From the NCBI GenBank assembly GCA_963693365.1, contig CAVNZM010000016.1, positions 4,645,149 to 4,709,148 of the forward strand: a stretch of 64,000 nt of DNA, in the 5' to 3' direction. The position numbers and the translations under genes were made by a program. A model generated the notes under the pieces. That model was not told the origin of the DNA. It was given only the letters and a program-made list of their open reading frames with translations, and did no database searches. The stretch is from Amoebidium appalachense. Lineage: Eukaryota > Protista > Ichthyosporea. Shown one piece after another: positions 1-19,449 of the stretch; the first letter of the stretch is position 1, and every line of letters begins with the position of its first letter.

Positions 1-176
1 TCTCCTATGTTGACGTCAATTGGCATACAGTTGGTGTTTTTTTACGTCACGCCGAGAAAAGCCGACAGAAGTCTCAAGTTTGAACAGTCATTTTGGTGAT
101 GCTTACAGATGGAAGCGCCAAAAAAAACAGAGGGGGAAGGGGGATCGCCGGGGGGGGGGGGGGGGGGGGGGGGGAT

Positions 177-208
<32 letters not shown>

Positions 209-300
209 GAGGGGGGGGGGGAGGGGGGGGGGGGGGGGGGGGGATTCACACAGTAGGTGACCATTTGCATTGGATGAATCTAAGCTAAGAACGCCCACGC

Positions 301-334
<34 letters not shown>

Positions 335-419
335 CTGCGTGCGCATGTGCGCGTATGCACACGCACGTGTGTGTCTTTGTGTGAAATATATGTTGTTCTC
401 ATTTCCATATTCCACACAG

Positions 420-5832
<5,413 letters not shown>

Positions 5833-5943
5833 TAGTTGGTTTTTTTTCTTCGGGGTTTTTTCACTGAAAAGTTTTTGATTTCCAAAGTTTTTGTTGTGGC
5901 TACACGGACCAATGTAATGGCATTAGGGCTTTTTCCCTTTCTT

Positions 5944-5982
<39 letters not shown>

Positions 5983-6409
5983 TACGGGGACTAGTAAAAT
6001 GGCAATATACTGCGAGGATGGCTCTAGAAACTAATCTCGAGATAGTGCGTGGATAGACCTTTTTTATTTGCTACAGTGACTGGAATAATTCTGAGATAGC
6101 GTGCGGATAGTCTCTCTCTCTCTCTCTTTTTTTTTTTTTTTGCCTTGCTCCAATGTCTAATATAATTGCAGATACGTGCTTAGATAACCCCCCCCAACCC
6201 TCCTTTTTTATTTTGGGGAGGCGGGGGGGAAGGGGGGGGGGGGGGGGGGGGGGGGGGTTTCGGCGACTAATCGAAAATGACGCAATAGTGCAGTATCTTT
6301 TGGTTTTCAGTGGCAGTACCGGGTTTGGGGGGAGCAGAGCGGTTGCGGGGGGGTGGTGGGGGGGGGGGGGGGGAGGGGGGGGGGAGGGGATAGGTTCGAA
6401 TCTTGGGGA

Positions 6410-6448
<39 letters not shown>

Positions 6449-6976
6449 GGGGGGGAGAATAGGTTCGAATGTGCGTGTCTCACACGATGATCGATTGTTG
6501 CTGTTAGAAACACATCCACAGCTGGCTGTGTGAAGTGTCATCAGTGCAGATGGACTTGTGTATATGGCAAATTTGTTTTTCGTATCGGTGTTTTGCAAAT
6601 AATGATCCCATGTATGCAAACTTTGTTAAGTTTGCAAATTTAATGTGTTGCAATTACTTGTACAGATTTGACTGTGAAGAATATATATATCGATTGTATA
6701 AAGTAACTTTTTGAGATTGAAACAATTACATAAAGAGTGTCACAGTGATCTGGTTTGCTGGAAAATTTTAAACGGCGGTGATGATTGCACGGTTCATTTT
6801 AAAAGATTATGATGTAGATTCTGCCCAAAGATGCTTTTGCACAGTGTCCTGACGGCGTGACGTGATCCCCGAATAAACACATCGTTCCGGTGTAAGCGCT
6901 AGGCACTTCTTTTCAACATAATACATCCTGGGTGCCAATGCGGAATTTCAAGGACTGCGGGAGACTGCGGCGGCTT

Positions 6977-7007
<31 letters not shown>

Positions 7008-7636
7008 GGCACTTTCAAATTTGTTCCTGTAGGAACCGAAGGACCTTAACCTGTTCATACCGGGAAATTTCCCTAGATAGTCACTTGAGAAACACAGAAA
7101 CATATACAAACGTATGTAGATAACTTAAAGACACACGCGTGTCGATATTTACAATTTATTTGAGCTTTTTCTATCGATTTTGAGCTGTAATAGAGTGGTT
7201 TAGAGCTGTTTATAAGCTGGCCGGCTGCCGGCCAAATCAAGTAGTGTCGGCCCGAAGAGATAAAGCGCACCTCATTGGACAATACATGGCGACTAAAAAT
7301 CAGGGGAGATCGATGCGATCCCCGAGCTACATAAAGGCCGTCAGGCCCATAGCCTAGAGTCTGACGGCAGCCCCCCTTTTAGAATTCAGACACACAGGGT
7401 TAAATAAACGATAATGTTTTCATTTGGTGATAAGTTATCAACTACTGACATTGTGTCAGGTTTTTGGCGGTGTATGTTAACTATCTCCCTATACCTAGGG
7501 GCTTTCGTCGTACACTGTCAGGCTTATCTCGCCGCGGGAGGAAGTCACTACAGGTGGTTGTTTTTTTAGGGGTGACACTCGGTCTTTCTGGGTGTACATG
7601 TGTGTTCGTGTGTCTGTACAGTGTGTGTGTATGTGT

Positions 7637-7667
<31 letters not shown>

Positions 7668-7918
7668 AGAGGGGAGGGGGGGGGGGCGGGGGGGAGAGGT
7701 CTGGGGGGAAGGCAGGGGCGGGGGGGGGGGGGGGGGAGGGAGGCCTGGGGGGAAGACAGGGGGGGGGGGGGGGGGGGGGGGGGAAGCTCAGGAGGGGGAC
7801 CGTCGAGACGAGTACTAGGGGGTGGTTGTTTTTTGGGGTGTCACTGACACTCCTGAGTCTGTGTGTAGGTATTTTTGAGTGGGTGTTTTTGAGTGGGTGT
7901 GCGTGCGTGCGCGTGTGT

Positions 7919-7949
<31 letters not shown>

Positions 7950-9448
7950 GGGGGGGGAGATGGAGGACTCTGAGGCGAGTAGTGGGTCTGAGCGGTTGAT
8001 TTTGCCGTCAGTGACACCTTGTCCGAGCCGTGTGTGTGTGTTTGTGTGTGTGGGTTGGGGTGGGAGGGGGGAAGGGGGGAGGGGGGCACGAGGGGGGGGG
8101 GGGGGGGGGGGGGGGACTCCGAGACGGTTACGGTAGTAGGTGGTGGTCAGTTGAGGTGTCACTACTAAGTCTGTGTGTGGGTGTGGGTGTGTGTGGGTGT
8201 GTGGGGGGAAAGGGGGAGGAGGGGGGGGAAGGAGGGGGGTTGGGGGGGAAGGGGCCGGAGGGGAGGAGGGGGGAGGGGGGTCAGGGGCCGGAGGGGGGAG
8301 GGGGAGGGGGAGGAGCCTCCCCGAGACGGGTACTAGTGTGTGGGTGGGGGGGGGGGGGGGGGGGGGAGGGGGAGGGGGAGGGGGGCAGCTTGACAATGCC
8401 ATGCCTTAATAACAAGTTATGGAGGACAATTTTACTAAAACTTTGAGATCATCTTGGCAAGCCTTAGGTCCGTTTTCGTGCATATACAGTCATTGCGGCC
8501 CTACAAACAAATCGAACCCAGTTTAATATGATACACATGGTCACGGTAAAGAACACTATGGACATGGAAATCCGAACCAGTCCTAAAATATCATTAACAA
8601 ACATACAAACGTATCTCAAGAACTTTCATAACAGCAGAAGTAACTTGAATAATATTATGGTAATCCACCTATTTTCAGCATCACCACAACTACTCCACAC
8701 TTGAACACTTATCTGACAACTACTTCACCAAACCGATCACCAAGCATTCTTACCACACACAAACCTCACCTGTTCTGAATCAGGCGTCTACGCATCAAAA
8801 ACGGGAAACATCAACTATTTTCACCGGCCAAATACAATAATAAAAACACGAACACATAACTTACTTATAGGCAATGCTGGTACTAGTAGTTATTGCAACT
8901 TCACACCACACCCTAGCATTCCCGGGCCACCACAGCATGCTAGCTTACACACATTTTGGTTGAAAAACTTGAGGAGCGGAATTAACGGAGGTCGGGGGAT
9001 CTAGACTTGCTAACAGCGGTAATATAATATAAACGGACTGAACTGAATTAATAAATACGAATATAAAATACACAGTTCGGCAAGCGGCAATAACAACAAA
9101 ACACAGAAGAGATGGTCATATTATGGTCTGACCCCGGGCAAATGGATGAAAATGAAATGCTCTCGTGTCATTGAATAAAAGTGTATAATAACTTCGGCAA
9201 TAAGATGATAACTTAAACTTTGAACACGGATAGTGAGGCCATAAATGCAAAAATGATATCAAATGCCAGAAAAAATTGATCCATATAACTGACGCCCCGG
9301 GCATGCCGCTACTATGGCATACGCTTTTAGGCTACATAAACGGAATGGGAAGACCCAAACATAATACTAATAATACCACATATTACCACACACATATCAC
9401 ACAGACCGATAACGAGATTTTCGTTACCTTGAATGCCGATGCATCGTA

Positions 9449-12187
9449 TTACTGTCCCGGGTATGTTGTCGCTTTCAGCGTACTTGCTGCTGGCAGTCCC
9501 AACTTTTTCGCATACGCAATTAAACGGACGGCCCAAAATCGCACGATCTCATCAATTGTAACGTCGTGGTAATCACACCCCTTCCTCTCGACGGGGAGCA
9601 ATCCCAAAAGCTTCTGTATGCACCCGAGATGTGTCGACCATGAATAGTTGTGCACCGGATCAGCGAAATCCGACGTTCGTTCGATACCGACCGCCACCCG
9701 CATAAGAACCGATACGTCCCCGCGAGCTTTACACACGCTGGCAAAGGAATTTTTGACTTCCTCCACCAATCCCGCCGACGTCGCCACCGTCAGGTCTGGA
9801 AGTTTCAGTTCCATTAAATCCATCTCAACAACCCCTTGCCCAGCCGGCCTTAGACCCCCCCGAATTTTCCCATTTTGCGAGAGGATCATTGTAGACTGCT
9901 GCAGATTAGAACCCCCCCCACTTGACCCGTCGCTCACCCCACCGCTCGCCGCGTCGTTTCCCGAGCTTTTGCGTGAACCATGCCCACGCAACTTCGTGCG
10001 CGTTTTTTCGGATCGTTGAGATTTCATATTCTTTCCCCCGGGTGGTCCAGAAATAGCTGTCAAAGAAGGAGGTAACCCAGCGTTATCTTCCGACCCCTCC
10101 GAGCCCCCCCCATGTCCCAGATTGCTATTAATATTCCCGTCGTCGCCTGCCATTTCTCCCTCCGTTACATTATCCATCTCCCTCTCCTTTACCCGTCGTT
10201 TAAAGTATTCCGCGTAGCTCGCACGGCGCCTCTCCCGGTCGATCGCGACGTCCGTCGTGGATTTTCGCCTACCAACCGTATAATCATCGCATGATAATTC
10301 GTATGGATCGGACAGCGTTTGGTGCCTTGGAGGTAGAGAAATCCTTCCCCCGTGGCCTGTATTGGTCAGAAAGCGGGCTGCAGGGCTTGAATTCTCCTCG
10401 TGGCGCGGGCGGTCTGGGCCGAGATTATGGGGAGACCGTTCACTTGATGGGTGCTGTGTAAGCTGGTGGGCCGCCCTAAATGGATGCAAAAGGCTCACAG
10501 CCGACAATGTGCGCTTTAGCCCTGGCCCTTGGCCCTGTTCCTCCGGTGGCGGGCCGTCTACTACCCACGTGCACGGGCCATCCCACGGGCCACGGGGTGA
10601 CCCACGATTCGGGCCGGCAGTGACGACACGCCGCACGGCCCGATCAGTCCACTGGCCGAGATGATCTCCATACTGCCAATCAGAGTCGCAATTATCATCT
10701 CGATAGTCTTGGTTGCCTGCGGAGTGTGGGCGCGGGCGCTGTAGGTCCAGAGGGCCATACGTTGACTGAATATGGTCAGCGATGCCGTCTCGCCGTGACG
10801 GGTACCTGTGTTTTCGGTCGATCGGAGCAAAAATGGGGTCCCATTCGCCACCGGGTTCTATGTGACCCGTGGAAGAAGAGCGGATTAACGGAACTTCATC
10901 ACCTTTACCGTGATCATCATGATATCTGACGGTGGGTACCCTTCCCGGGCGGGTTTGCCAGGATGGGGGCTCTGTGCCATGGGCGCTGTAAGCGGCGTTG
11001 TGTCGTCTCGGGTCGGGTCGGCCCGGATCCGCTGCCCACGGGTCACGGCTCACTTGATAATCTATGGACGGTGGGCCAAACCTGCCGTCAACACCATGCT
11101 GATGATGCCCGTTATCCGGCCCGGGCGAAGGATCGCCGGGTCGGGTCAGTTTGACCCCAAGCCGAAAATTACGGTTGTCATGAACCATATGCCGCCTTCC
11201 TTCGTACCGCGGTGAATAAGACTGTTGTTCACTGTTTCCTCGCCCGGTGACCTCCGCTGGGTGCCGGTGGACCGGGCCGTAATGCCTATGGGCTGGGTCA
11301 CCGTATTGCGGGTCAGCGATCAGGTCGACCCGGAAATCATATGGTGCTGCATGTTGACCGTGTGGCTGGCCCCCCCTCGGACCAATACCCCCATGGTTTG
11401 ATGGGGGATTTACGAGCTGCCGCGATCCGATTTCATGCTGAGTAGCACCCGGTGCATGTGGATGATTTGTGGCGGACATGGGGTGCCGAGGCGAATATTC
11501 ACGTGAATTTTCAGCCGCCGGAACAGATCTCCCAGTGACCCATGGGTTCAAGTCGGAAATTCGACCCCATAAACCCGTCCGTGGTAGTGACGCCGCCGAA
11601 TTGAGATTGGTCACGTGTGCCTGTGGCAAACCAGGGCCACGTATAATCTCGTGAGAGTCGGTTCGTTGTCTTTTCAACGTTGGTGCGTATTGCTCTGAGT
11701 CTCCATGCGCTGGTATTCGTGCCATGGTTGGACGGCTTTCGCGAACATCATACCCGCCAAGCTCTCCGGGGATAAAAGCGTGCTGGGAAAGGATACCCCG
11801 AACTTGCGGGTGTAGGGTAAAACCCCCATTCAACCCTGTACTCGGTTCACCGGTGCGCAGACCCTCGGTGGCGGCCGAATTCGACAACTGGCGCCAACTT
11901 TGACGGTGTAAAAACCCCGCTGTCGCAGGCTCTAGGGGTATGTCGACAAAACGCAACCCCTGATCTCGGGGCCGATCGCTTCGGCCGATGGGCGGTAAAT
12001 GCGGATTTCGACGGTCCGGTAATGAACCCCTGCCACACGCTGACGAATTTACAGCTGGGTCGCACACACGCGATGCCTCTGATTGGTTGGTTGCTTTAAC
12101 CGCTGGTGGCGGTTGGTCCGTTAAAATTTGGCGTGTGGTTGCAGGCGGATATTGCTCCGGGCTCATCTTCCCATGCCGCCCGTGCAT
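9449..12187 (-). CDS. Uninterrupted 912-aa hypothetical protein; disordered P/G/R/H-rich N-terminal three quarters, probable folded C-terminal ~140 aa
   Basis: 2.7-kb non-repetitive ORF with an ATG start; no family recognised. Confidence 0.7.
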   Translation of the reverse strand: MHGRHGKMSPEQYPPATTRQILTDQPPPAVKATNQSEASRVCDPAVNSSACGRGSLPDRRNPHLPPIGRSDRPRDQGLRFVDIPLEPATAGFLHRQSWRQLSNSAATEGLRTGEPSTGLNGGFTLHPQVRGILSQHAFIPGELGGYDVRESRPTMARIPAHGDSEQYAPTLKRQRTDSHEIIRGPGLPQAHVTNLNSAASLPRTGLWGRISDLNPWVTGRSVPAAENSREYSPRHPMSATNHPHAPGATQHEIGSRQLVNPPSNHGGIGPRGGQPHGQHAAPYDFRVDLIADPQYGDPAHRHYGPVHRHPAEVTGRGNSEQQSYSPRYEGRRHMVHDNRNFRLGVKLTRPGDPSPGPDNGHHQHGVDGRFGPPSIDYQVSRDPWAADPGRPDPRRHNAAYSAHGTEPPSWQTRPGRVPTVRYHDDHGKGDEVPLIRSSSTGHIEPGGEWDPIFAPIDRKHRYPSRRDGIADHIQSTYGPLDLQRPRPHSAGNQDYRDDNCDSDWQYGDHLGQWTDRAVRRVVTAGPNRGSPRGPWDGPCTWVVDGPPPEEQGQGPGLKRTLSAVSLLHPFRAAHQLTQHPSSERSPHNLGPDRPRHEENSSPAARFLTNTGHGGRISLPPRHQTLSDPYELSCDDYTVGRRKSTTDVAIDRERRRASYAEYFKRRVKEREMDNVTEGEMAGDDGNINSNLGHGGGSEGSEDNAGLPPSLTAISGPPGGKNMKSQRSEKTRTKLRGHGSRKSSGNDAASGGVSDGSSGGGSNLQQSTMILSQNGKIRGGLRPAGQGVVEMDLMELKLPDLTVATSAGLVEEVKNSFASVCKARGDVSVLMRVAVGIERTSDFADPVHNYSWSTHLGCIQKLLGLLPVERKGCDYHDVTIDEIVRFWAVRLIAYAKKLGLPAASTLKATTYPGQ

Positions 12188-12676
12188 ATGACAGCCGCCG
12201 GTGAGCGGGAGGGTCCTCCATTAGCGACCGTTCGATCAGAAATACGCTGCGGGGACCGCATCGCGGAACGACACCCCACCAATTTTCGCCCACGCCATGA
12301 AAAAAAAAAAGAGGAACAAACTTGAAAATTAAGCGGGGTCACAATCATTGATTGGTCGGATGAAGAGGAGTAGAGCTTATTGGTGGTGATGCGGGGTGCG
12401 GTTGAGTGTATCAACGGGATGCGGGTAATGTGGTCTGCGGACGAGTCGATCAACGCTGCATGGAAAAAAAAATGAGTAACAATTTTGGTGCAGTATTGCA
12501 GTATCGACCTTCAAAACGCGAGGTAGCTCATTACGGACGAATCCAATTACAAAAATACTCCGAGAACACCGTACTAACTTAAGTTGAAGCAACCGTAAGC
12601 ACATATCTTCCAGCCTGAGAATCATTATAATAGTGGCTTGCTTATGCAAAACCCAGGGCATGGTGGTGGTGGTGGT

Positions 12677-12896
<220 letters not shown>

Positions 12897-13359
12897 ACAT
12901 GCACGGTGTGCGTGTGCATGTTCTCGTGTTGTGTGTGTGTGTGTGTGGGGGGGGGGGGGAGGGGGGGGAGGGGTTCATGCGCTATAAAGTGCAAACTACA
13001 CATAAACAGCATCCAACATGATGCAGTCTGCCAGAGTGCAAACCACACATTATAGTATGGCATTATAAGCAGAGCCCATCCTCCGGGGAGGTGGGGAGGG
13101 GAAGGGGGGGGGGGGGGGGGGGAGGGGGGAGGGGGGGGGGAGGGGTTAGAGGATGCAGAAAACGGGTAAAGCCACAGTCACAATCACTATGGGGTAGCAA
13201 GACACAAAATAGCGGTCTACGACTTTTTTAGCTAGTTCCTATTGGTCAACAGCATAGCAGGCCAGTCATGGTGCTGTTTCAGCCAATCGTTACAAATTGC
13301 GCATTCCAAAACTTTGCGGCAACCACGCACCGTTGAAAACAACACACAGTGACTGGAAA

Positions 13360-13578
13360 CTAACTCGATAAAACGAACAAAACTTTGAAACGAGAAGGAA
13401 AAGCAGGAAAGAAAAGATCCATTTTTTTCCCCCTCTTCAGCCTGTCGTCTAATGTTTCTTCCCTTTTTCGCTTTCTTCTCTCTTTCAAGTAATCACGGTC
13501 TCGTGCTCGCTTTCTGGACCTCGGACTGAGGTTGCTCAGGTCGCCAAGTGCACTCCCGTAGGAGCACTTGGACGACAT
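13360..13578 (-). CDS. Possible short basic ORF or first exon (MSSKCSYGSALGDLSNLSPRSRKRAR...)
   Basis: ATG start, NLS-like K/R clusters, CCAAT-like motifs at ~13797 and ~13823; no homology recognised. Confidence 0.3.
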   Translation of the reverse strand: MSSKCSYGSALGDLSNLSPRSRKRARDRDYLKERRKRKREETLDDRLKRGKKMDLFFPAFPSRFKVLFVLSS

Positions 13579-14168
13579 TGCGCGTATACGTGCTCCTCAG
13601 CTAAAATTGCAAATGAGACAGTGAACAGGAAACAGAAAAACAGGAATAGGAAAACAATGAAGTCCGCTAAATCCAAATGAAAACTCATAAACCGAAACGG
13701 GCCGTATAGACACTGGCTGACTTGTGTTGTGGCCTGCAGGCTGGGACGTGATATCACGAAATTTCCCGCCAAAAAGAAAGGACGCAAAAGATTTAGATTG
13801 GCTCGTAAGCTTTCGATTTTGACCAATCAGATATCTCTAAAACGGTCGCTTCCACCGTTATTTGTGTCTTGCTACCCCATATTAACTTTACGATAAGCAA
13901 CACTGCCAGTGCAGCATATGCCGGATACATTTATTCCGATCATTCAATCATTATGCCCGAGTATGCGACGCCAGCAACAGGTGTCATGTACTATGCAACA
14001 AAAGCAACCTGTGACCCGACGGCGTGTGCCATACTTTTTTATTTTTTGGAGGGGGGGGGGGGGGGGAGGGGGGGGGGGGGCGGGGGGGCAGTCATCAATA
14101 ATCAAATCAGATGAGTTTCGATCTTTCAGGGAGAGGGCCACTCGGGGAGAAGGGGGGGGAGGGGGTGG

Positions 14169-14256
<88 letters not shown>

Positions 14257-14490
14257 ATGTGGGGGGGGGGGGGGGGGGGGGGGGGGCTCATGCGCGTTAC
14301 AGAGTACGAAATGCTGAGTCACGAGGAAAAACAAAATGCCGCCTGCAAAGCATCGCGGCACGGAGTATGTCGCTGAATTCAATAGCATAAGCAGAGGGGC
14401 TCGGAGTGGGCAGGGTAGGGTGGGGGGATTCGGAGGAAAGCGTATGTGTTATAGTTTGCATTAGATAGCCGGACTGACTATTAGAGTTGT

Positions 14491-14621
<131 letters not shown>

Positions 14622-14942
14622 GGGGGGGGGGGAAGGGGGGGGAGGGGGAGAGAGAGAGAGAGAGAGAGAGGAGGTGGGGGTGGAGGGGTCCCCGGGGGGG
14701 GTAATAATGCATTACAGAGTACGAAGTACACAGTGTCAGTCAGTGGCAGCCAACACAATATGCAGATGCCTGAGCATACACAAACTTTAAGAGCATGTTA
14801 CTGGCCCCATCGCAAGCAGAGAAAAGGGGGGAAGGGGGGGGAGGACTGGGGGGCCGACGGGGGGGTTGCCGAATGCCCTAGTGTCCAGTAGTAGTAGTAC
14901 TAGTAGCAGTAGTAGTGGTAGTAGTAGTAGAGAAAGAGAGAG

Positions 14943-15000
<58 letters not shown>

Positions 15001-15001
15001 G

Positions 15002-15032
<31 letters not shown>

Positions 15033-15347
15033 AGAGGGGGGGGGGGGGGGGAGAGAGAGAGAGAGAGAGAGTGTGTGTGTGTGTGTCTTTATGTGCTTGT
15101 GTGAGTGAGTGAGTGAGGGTGTGTGTGTGTGTGCGTGTGTGTGTGTGTGCTGTGCCAGCCTAAGGGGACGTGTATGTGCAAGAGCACAAGGTTTCAACCA
15201 CGCAAGGTAAACTTTGTGTGTTGGTGCATTGATACTGTCACAGTGTCACGGTGTGCAGTGCAGGTCTAACAAGCGGTGACAGCCGAGTCACCACAGTGTC
15301 TGATACATCGTATGTGCAAGTCTTTGTATTTCATTTTGAACTCAGTT

Positions 15348-15766
15348 ACCGGGAGGGGTCACCCGCAACCGGTAAATATATATATAAATATATGTAAATA
15401 TATGTGAGTATATATATATATATTGATTTTGACTATATGGAAATATCGGATATAGGTAATGTTAATATAGTATAAATGGGTACATAAAAACATACATATA
15501 TAACATTATGAAGCTCTGCAACGGAAAAGTTGCAGCAGGCTCGTGATCGAGAATGGCACAGCCTGTGCCACACACGTTCAATATCGGACCAACTTGGCAA
15601 ACATCGCTGAGTCTGCCATGATATGATCCGTATCGTGTGTTGTGGTCTGAGAGTGGCACAGCCTGTGCCACTCTTGATGACTGTTATATGCAACTCACCC
15701 AGTATGCCCCAACGATATACGAGATGATATCGGGCTATGATAAATATATAAATGTATATAAATATA

Positions 15767-15809
<43 letters not shown>

Positions 15810-15911
15810 TGTGTGTGTGTGTGTGTGTAAATATATATGAAATATATAAAAATACATATAAATATATGTTAATATTTAAATATATACCGGTTGCGGGCGA
15901 CCCCTCCGGGT
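15348..15911. mobile_element. MITE-like element with ~27-bp imperfect TIRs followed internally by TA-rich tracts
   Basis: accgggaggggtcacccgcaaccggta (15348) versus taccggttgcgggcgacccctccgggt (ends 15911); TSD not resolved. Confidence 0.7.
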
Positions 15912-16672
15912 GCACTGCTCAGAGTTCAAGTAGTGTGAGTGCAAGGCGTACTAATGCAATAGTGGCGGCATGCATGGCCCCAGGGAGGCTTCAGAAATGA
16001 TATGTGAAGCCTGATATAATATGGTATTTGGCGTGTTGCATGATGGCCGGGGTCAGTGTGCCAACGAAATTAAGTGTGAAAAGAATGATCAATAACACAG
16101 CACACCGTCATTGGGCTGATACAATATTGTGTTCGTGTATGCCCATGTGCAAACACAGCTGGTGTGCGGGGTGGACACATGCTTTGTGTCCCTCGGGCCA
16201 GAATAAAGAGGGATATGGAGAGACTACGGGGACTCGGGGAAGGAAGGAAGGAGTGAAGGAGGGAAGGAGAGAGGCAGGGGGGGAGAGTGAGTTTCAGAGC
16301 GCCAGAGAGAGACATTGAGTCGGAGGGAGGGGGAGAGGCACAAAGGGGGAGAGAGACAAAGGCAGTCATGAGAGAGAGAGAGAAACGATGACTCAAACAT
16401 AGAGGGACTCGAGAGAGAGAAATATAAAGATACTGGAGAGACAGAGAGAGAGAGTTCAGTGAACCGACAGGATGCGGAGCGAGAGCGAGAGAGAGCAAGA
16501 GGGGGGGGGGGGGGGGGGAAGAGGGGGGGGAGGGGGGGGAGAGGAAAGGAGAGGGAGAGGGAGAGAAAGAGACCGAGACTCCGCCGGGGGGGGGGGGGGG
16601 GGGGAGAGGGAGGGGAGGGGGGGGGGGGGGGGGGGGGGGGGAGGGGAGGGAGGGAGGGGAGGGGGGGGGGGA

Positions 16673-16720
<48 letters not shown>

Positions 16721-16748
16721 GAGGGGGGGGGGGGAGGGGGGGGGGGGG

Positions 16749-16808
<60 letters not shown>

Positions 16809-17745
16809 TATATATATATGGATGGAGGGATTCGAGAGAGGGATTCGAGAGAGAGAGAGGGGGGGGGGGAGGGGGGCGGGGAGGGAGGGAGGGAGGGAGG
16901 GAGGGAGGGAGGGGGGGAGGGAGGGAGGGAGGGAGGGAGGGAGGGAGGGAGAGAGGGAGAGAGAGAGGGAGAGAGAAAGCCCCGGGCTTGGGGAGAAAGG
17001 GAGTGTGTGGGCGCGAGTGAATAGTATGTTGGTGTGTATATGTAAGCACATGACATTGTATGTGTGTTGAAGTGTGTGATTGTGCCTGTGCTTGCCGTGC
17101 CAGTTTGTGTACTGCCTGTGAGTGAGTGAGTGAGTGAGTCACTGAGTGAGTGAGAAAATGAGTGAATGAGCCTCAGTGAGTGGGCGGTGTCACCGAGAGA
17201 GAGAGAGACTGAGGGAAAAAAAGAGAGGGAGGGAGGAGGAGGAAGGGAGAGTGAGAGAGAGAGAGAGAAAGACTGGAGAGAGAGAGAGAGAGAGAGAGAC
17301 TTGAAGTGACTGACACGGTGTGTGTGCGCGGCGTCACAGTGTGAATGTCTTCAAGCTGGTGTGTGTGTGAACAGTTGCCTTGGTGAAACAATGTGCATAA
17401 GTCGGTGTGTGCTCTATTACTTACAAGGTTGGGTGTAAGCAGTGCTTGACAATGTACCGGGAATATATTTGCATGTTCGTGCATGGTGCCGCAGTGCAAT
17501 TGTGCATGTACCCGTGCACGTGTGAAGGTATGCAGGCGGTCAAGTCTTGTGATGTAACCAAGGCCCCATGTCATCGGACTCACGGTAGGGAGAAGTGTGT
17601 CGGCTCAGGCTACGAGTGCGTACGTGTTTTGGAAGGATGTGATTAGGGTTTTGAGGACGCTACAAAATTGAATCATGGGTGCGAGCCCGAGTGGTAAAAG
17701 CCTTCCACAAACGGGGCACATGTTTTGCGAGTGACGATGCGAATT

Positions 17746-17822
<77 letters not shown>

Positions 17823-18174
17823 ACGTGTATCCGTGTGTGTGTCACATGATGGGTGTCCATGTATCTGTGTGTGTGACACGGAGAGAGTCTCGAAGAGAGA
17901 GAGGGAGCCTCTACCGGGGGAGGAGGAGGGGGGGGAGGAGGGACAGAGAGAGGGACTCCGCAGGCTCGGAAAGACAGAGGGAGGGGGAGAGAAAGAGCTA
18001 GAGCTAGAGCCCGGAGCCGAAGATAGATATATAGAGGGAGAGGGGGAGAGAAGCAATCGGGGAGAGAAAGATCTATCGAGAGAAAGAGAGACACTCGGGG
18101 AGGGAAAGAGAGGGAGAGAGAGAGACTCGGGGAGGGAGGCCCTGAGAGAGAGCGAGAGAGCGAGAGAGAGAGGA

Positions 18175-18207
<33 letters not shown>

Positions 18208-18239
18208 CAGAGAGGGGGGGGGGGGGGGGGGGGGGGGGT

Positions 18240-18390
18240 TTGAATGCGGAACACAGTACGAAGTACGCATACACGATGAGAAGCATGGTGCAGGACACAT
18301 GCAAAGGCAAACATTCAACTATGCAGCATCAGCCATGCGCACAGTATGCGTCATAAGCAGAGCCCATCCTCAGGGAGGGCCCAAGTCATC
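18240..18390 (-). repeat. Diverged copy of the 125-bp intronic repeat; other partial copies at ~12977-13090, 14290-14400, 14705-14760, 18760-18910, 55320-55400
   Basis: Shared tttgaatgcg..agtacgaagtac and ataagcagagcccatcctcaggg motifs. Confidence 0.7.
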
Positions 18391-18704
18391 AATGGGGGGT
18401 GATGTATGCGTTAGAGGGTTGGAAATATGGAGGACACAACAAAGAGCAACAAAAAAACGTCATAAAAGTGGGAAATCCAAAATCAAACAATTTAAGCGAA
18501 GAAGACACTTGAACGGGAAAGCGAGTGGGGAGAGTTGGGACTTGAGAGAGAAAGAGAGAGAGGGGAGGGGAGGGAGGGAGAGGGCGAGAGCCTCACAGAG
18601 GAGAGAGAGACCGTCTGTGTGCATCTTTTGCAAGCAATACTAGGGCATGGGTGCGGGTGTGACGACATGTGCATGTCTTCATGGGGGGCAAATGGTGAGT
18701 GGCT

Positions 18705-18741
<37 letters not shown>

Positions 18742-19314
18742 GGGATAGACCGTGGAAGTTCACGGTACAAAGCACAACGTGACACGATGAGAAACACTGT
18801 GCAGGACCGTGCACTGTGTCACATGCAAAGGTAAACATAAGTATGCAACACCAGCAACACGCGGTATGCAAAAAAGGGAGATCTTATTTTACTAAGGAAG
18901 GCCAAGTCATGATTGCGTCATAGTTTCGACCCCTTCAGTCAAGCCTGGCATGCTAAATTCAACTTGGGCACTGAGCGCAATTTGGAACTTGGATGCACTG
19001 GTGGGCCATCCGTCTTGATCAGAGACTCAGGGCTGCATACGTGAGCAAAACAGTGTATGTATGGTGTGTGGGCATTGAACTATGTAATGCAGCATGCAGC
19101 AAAAAATGCTCATGTGCTTACAGATGCACGACAGAGAGCAACCGTTTGCATATGGTTGCACGGGAGTACAACAAAATCGCCACACAGACTTTTGGTCGGA
19201 CCTGAACGTACACCTCCTAAAGAAGATAGTGGGGTTTAGAATGTGACACACCGTACGAGGTACAGGTGACGATGATTGAACCCGGTGTAGGAGACTCATG
19301 ATCATGGGGTGGAG

Positions 19315-19449
<135 letters not shown>

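Noticed and set aside
6845-7347. MITE bounded by cctgacggc/gccgtcagg
   Set aside because: Only a 9-bp inverted match and no TSD
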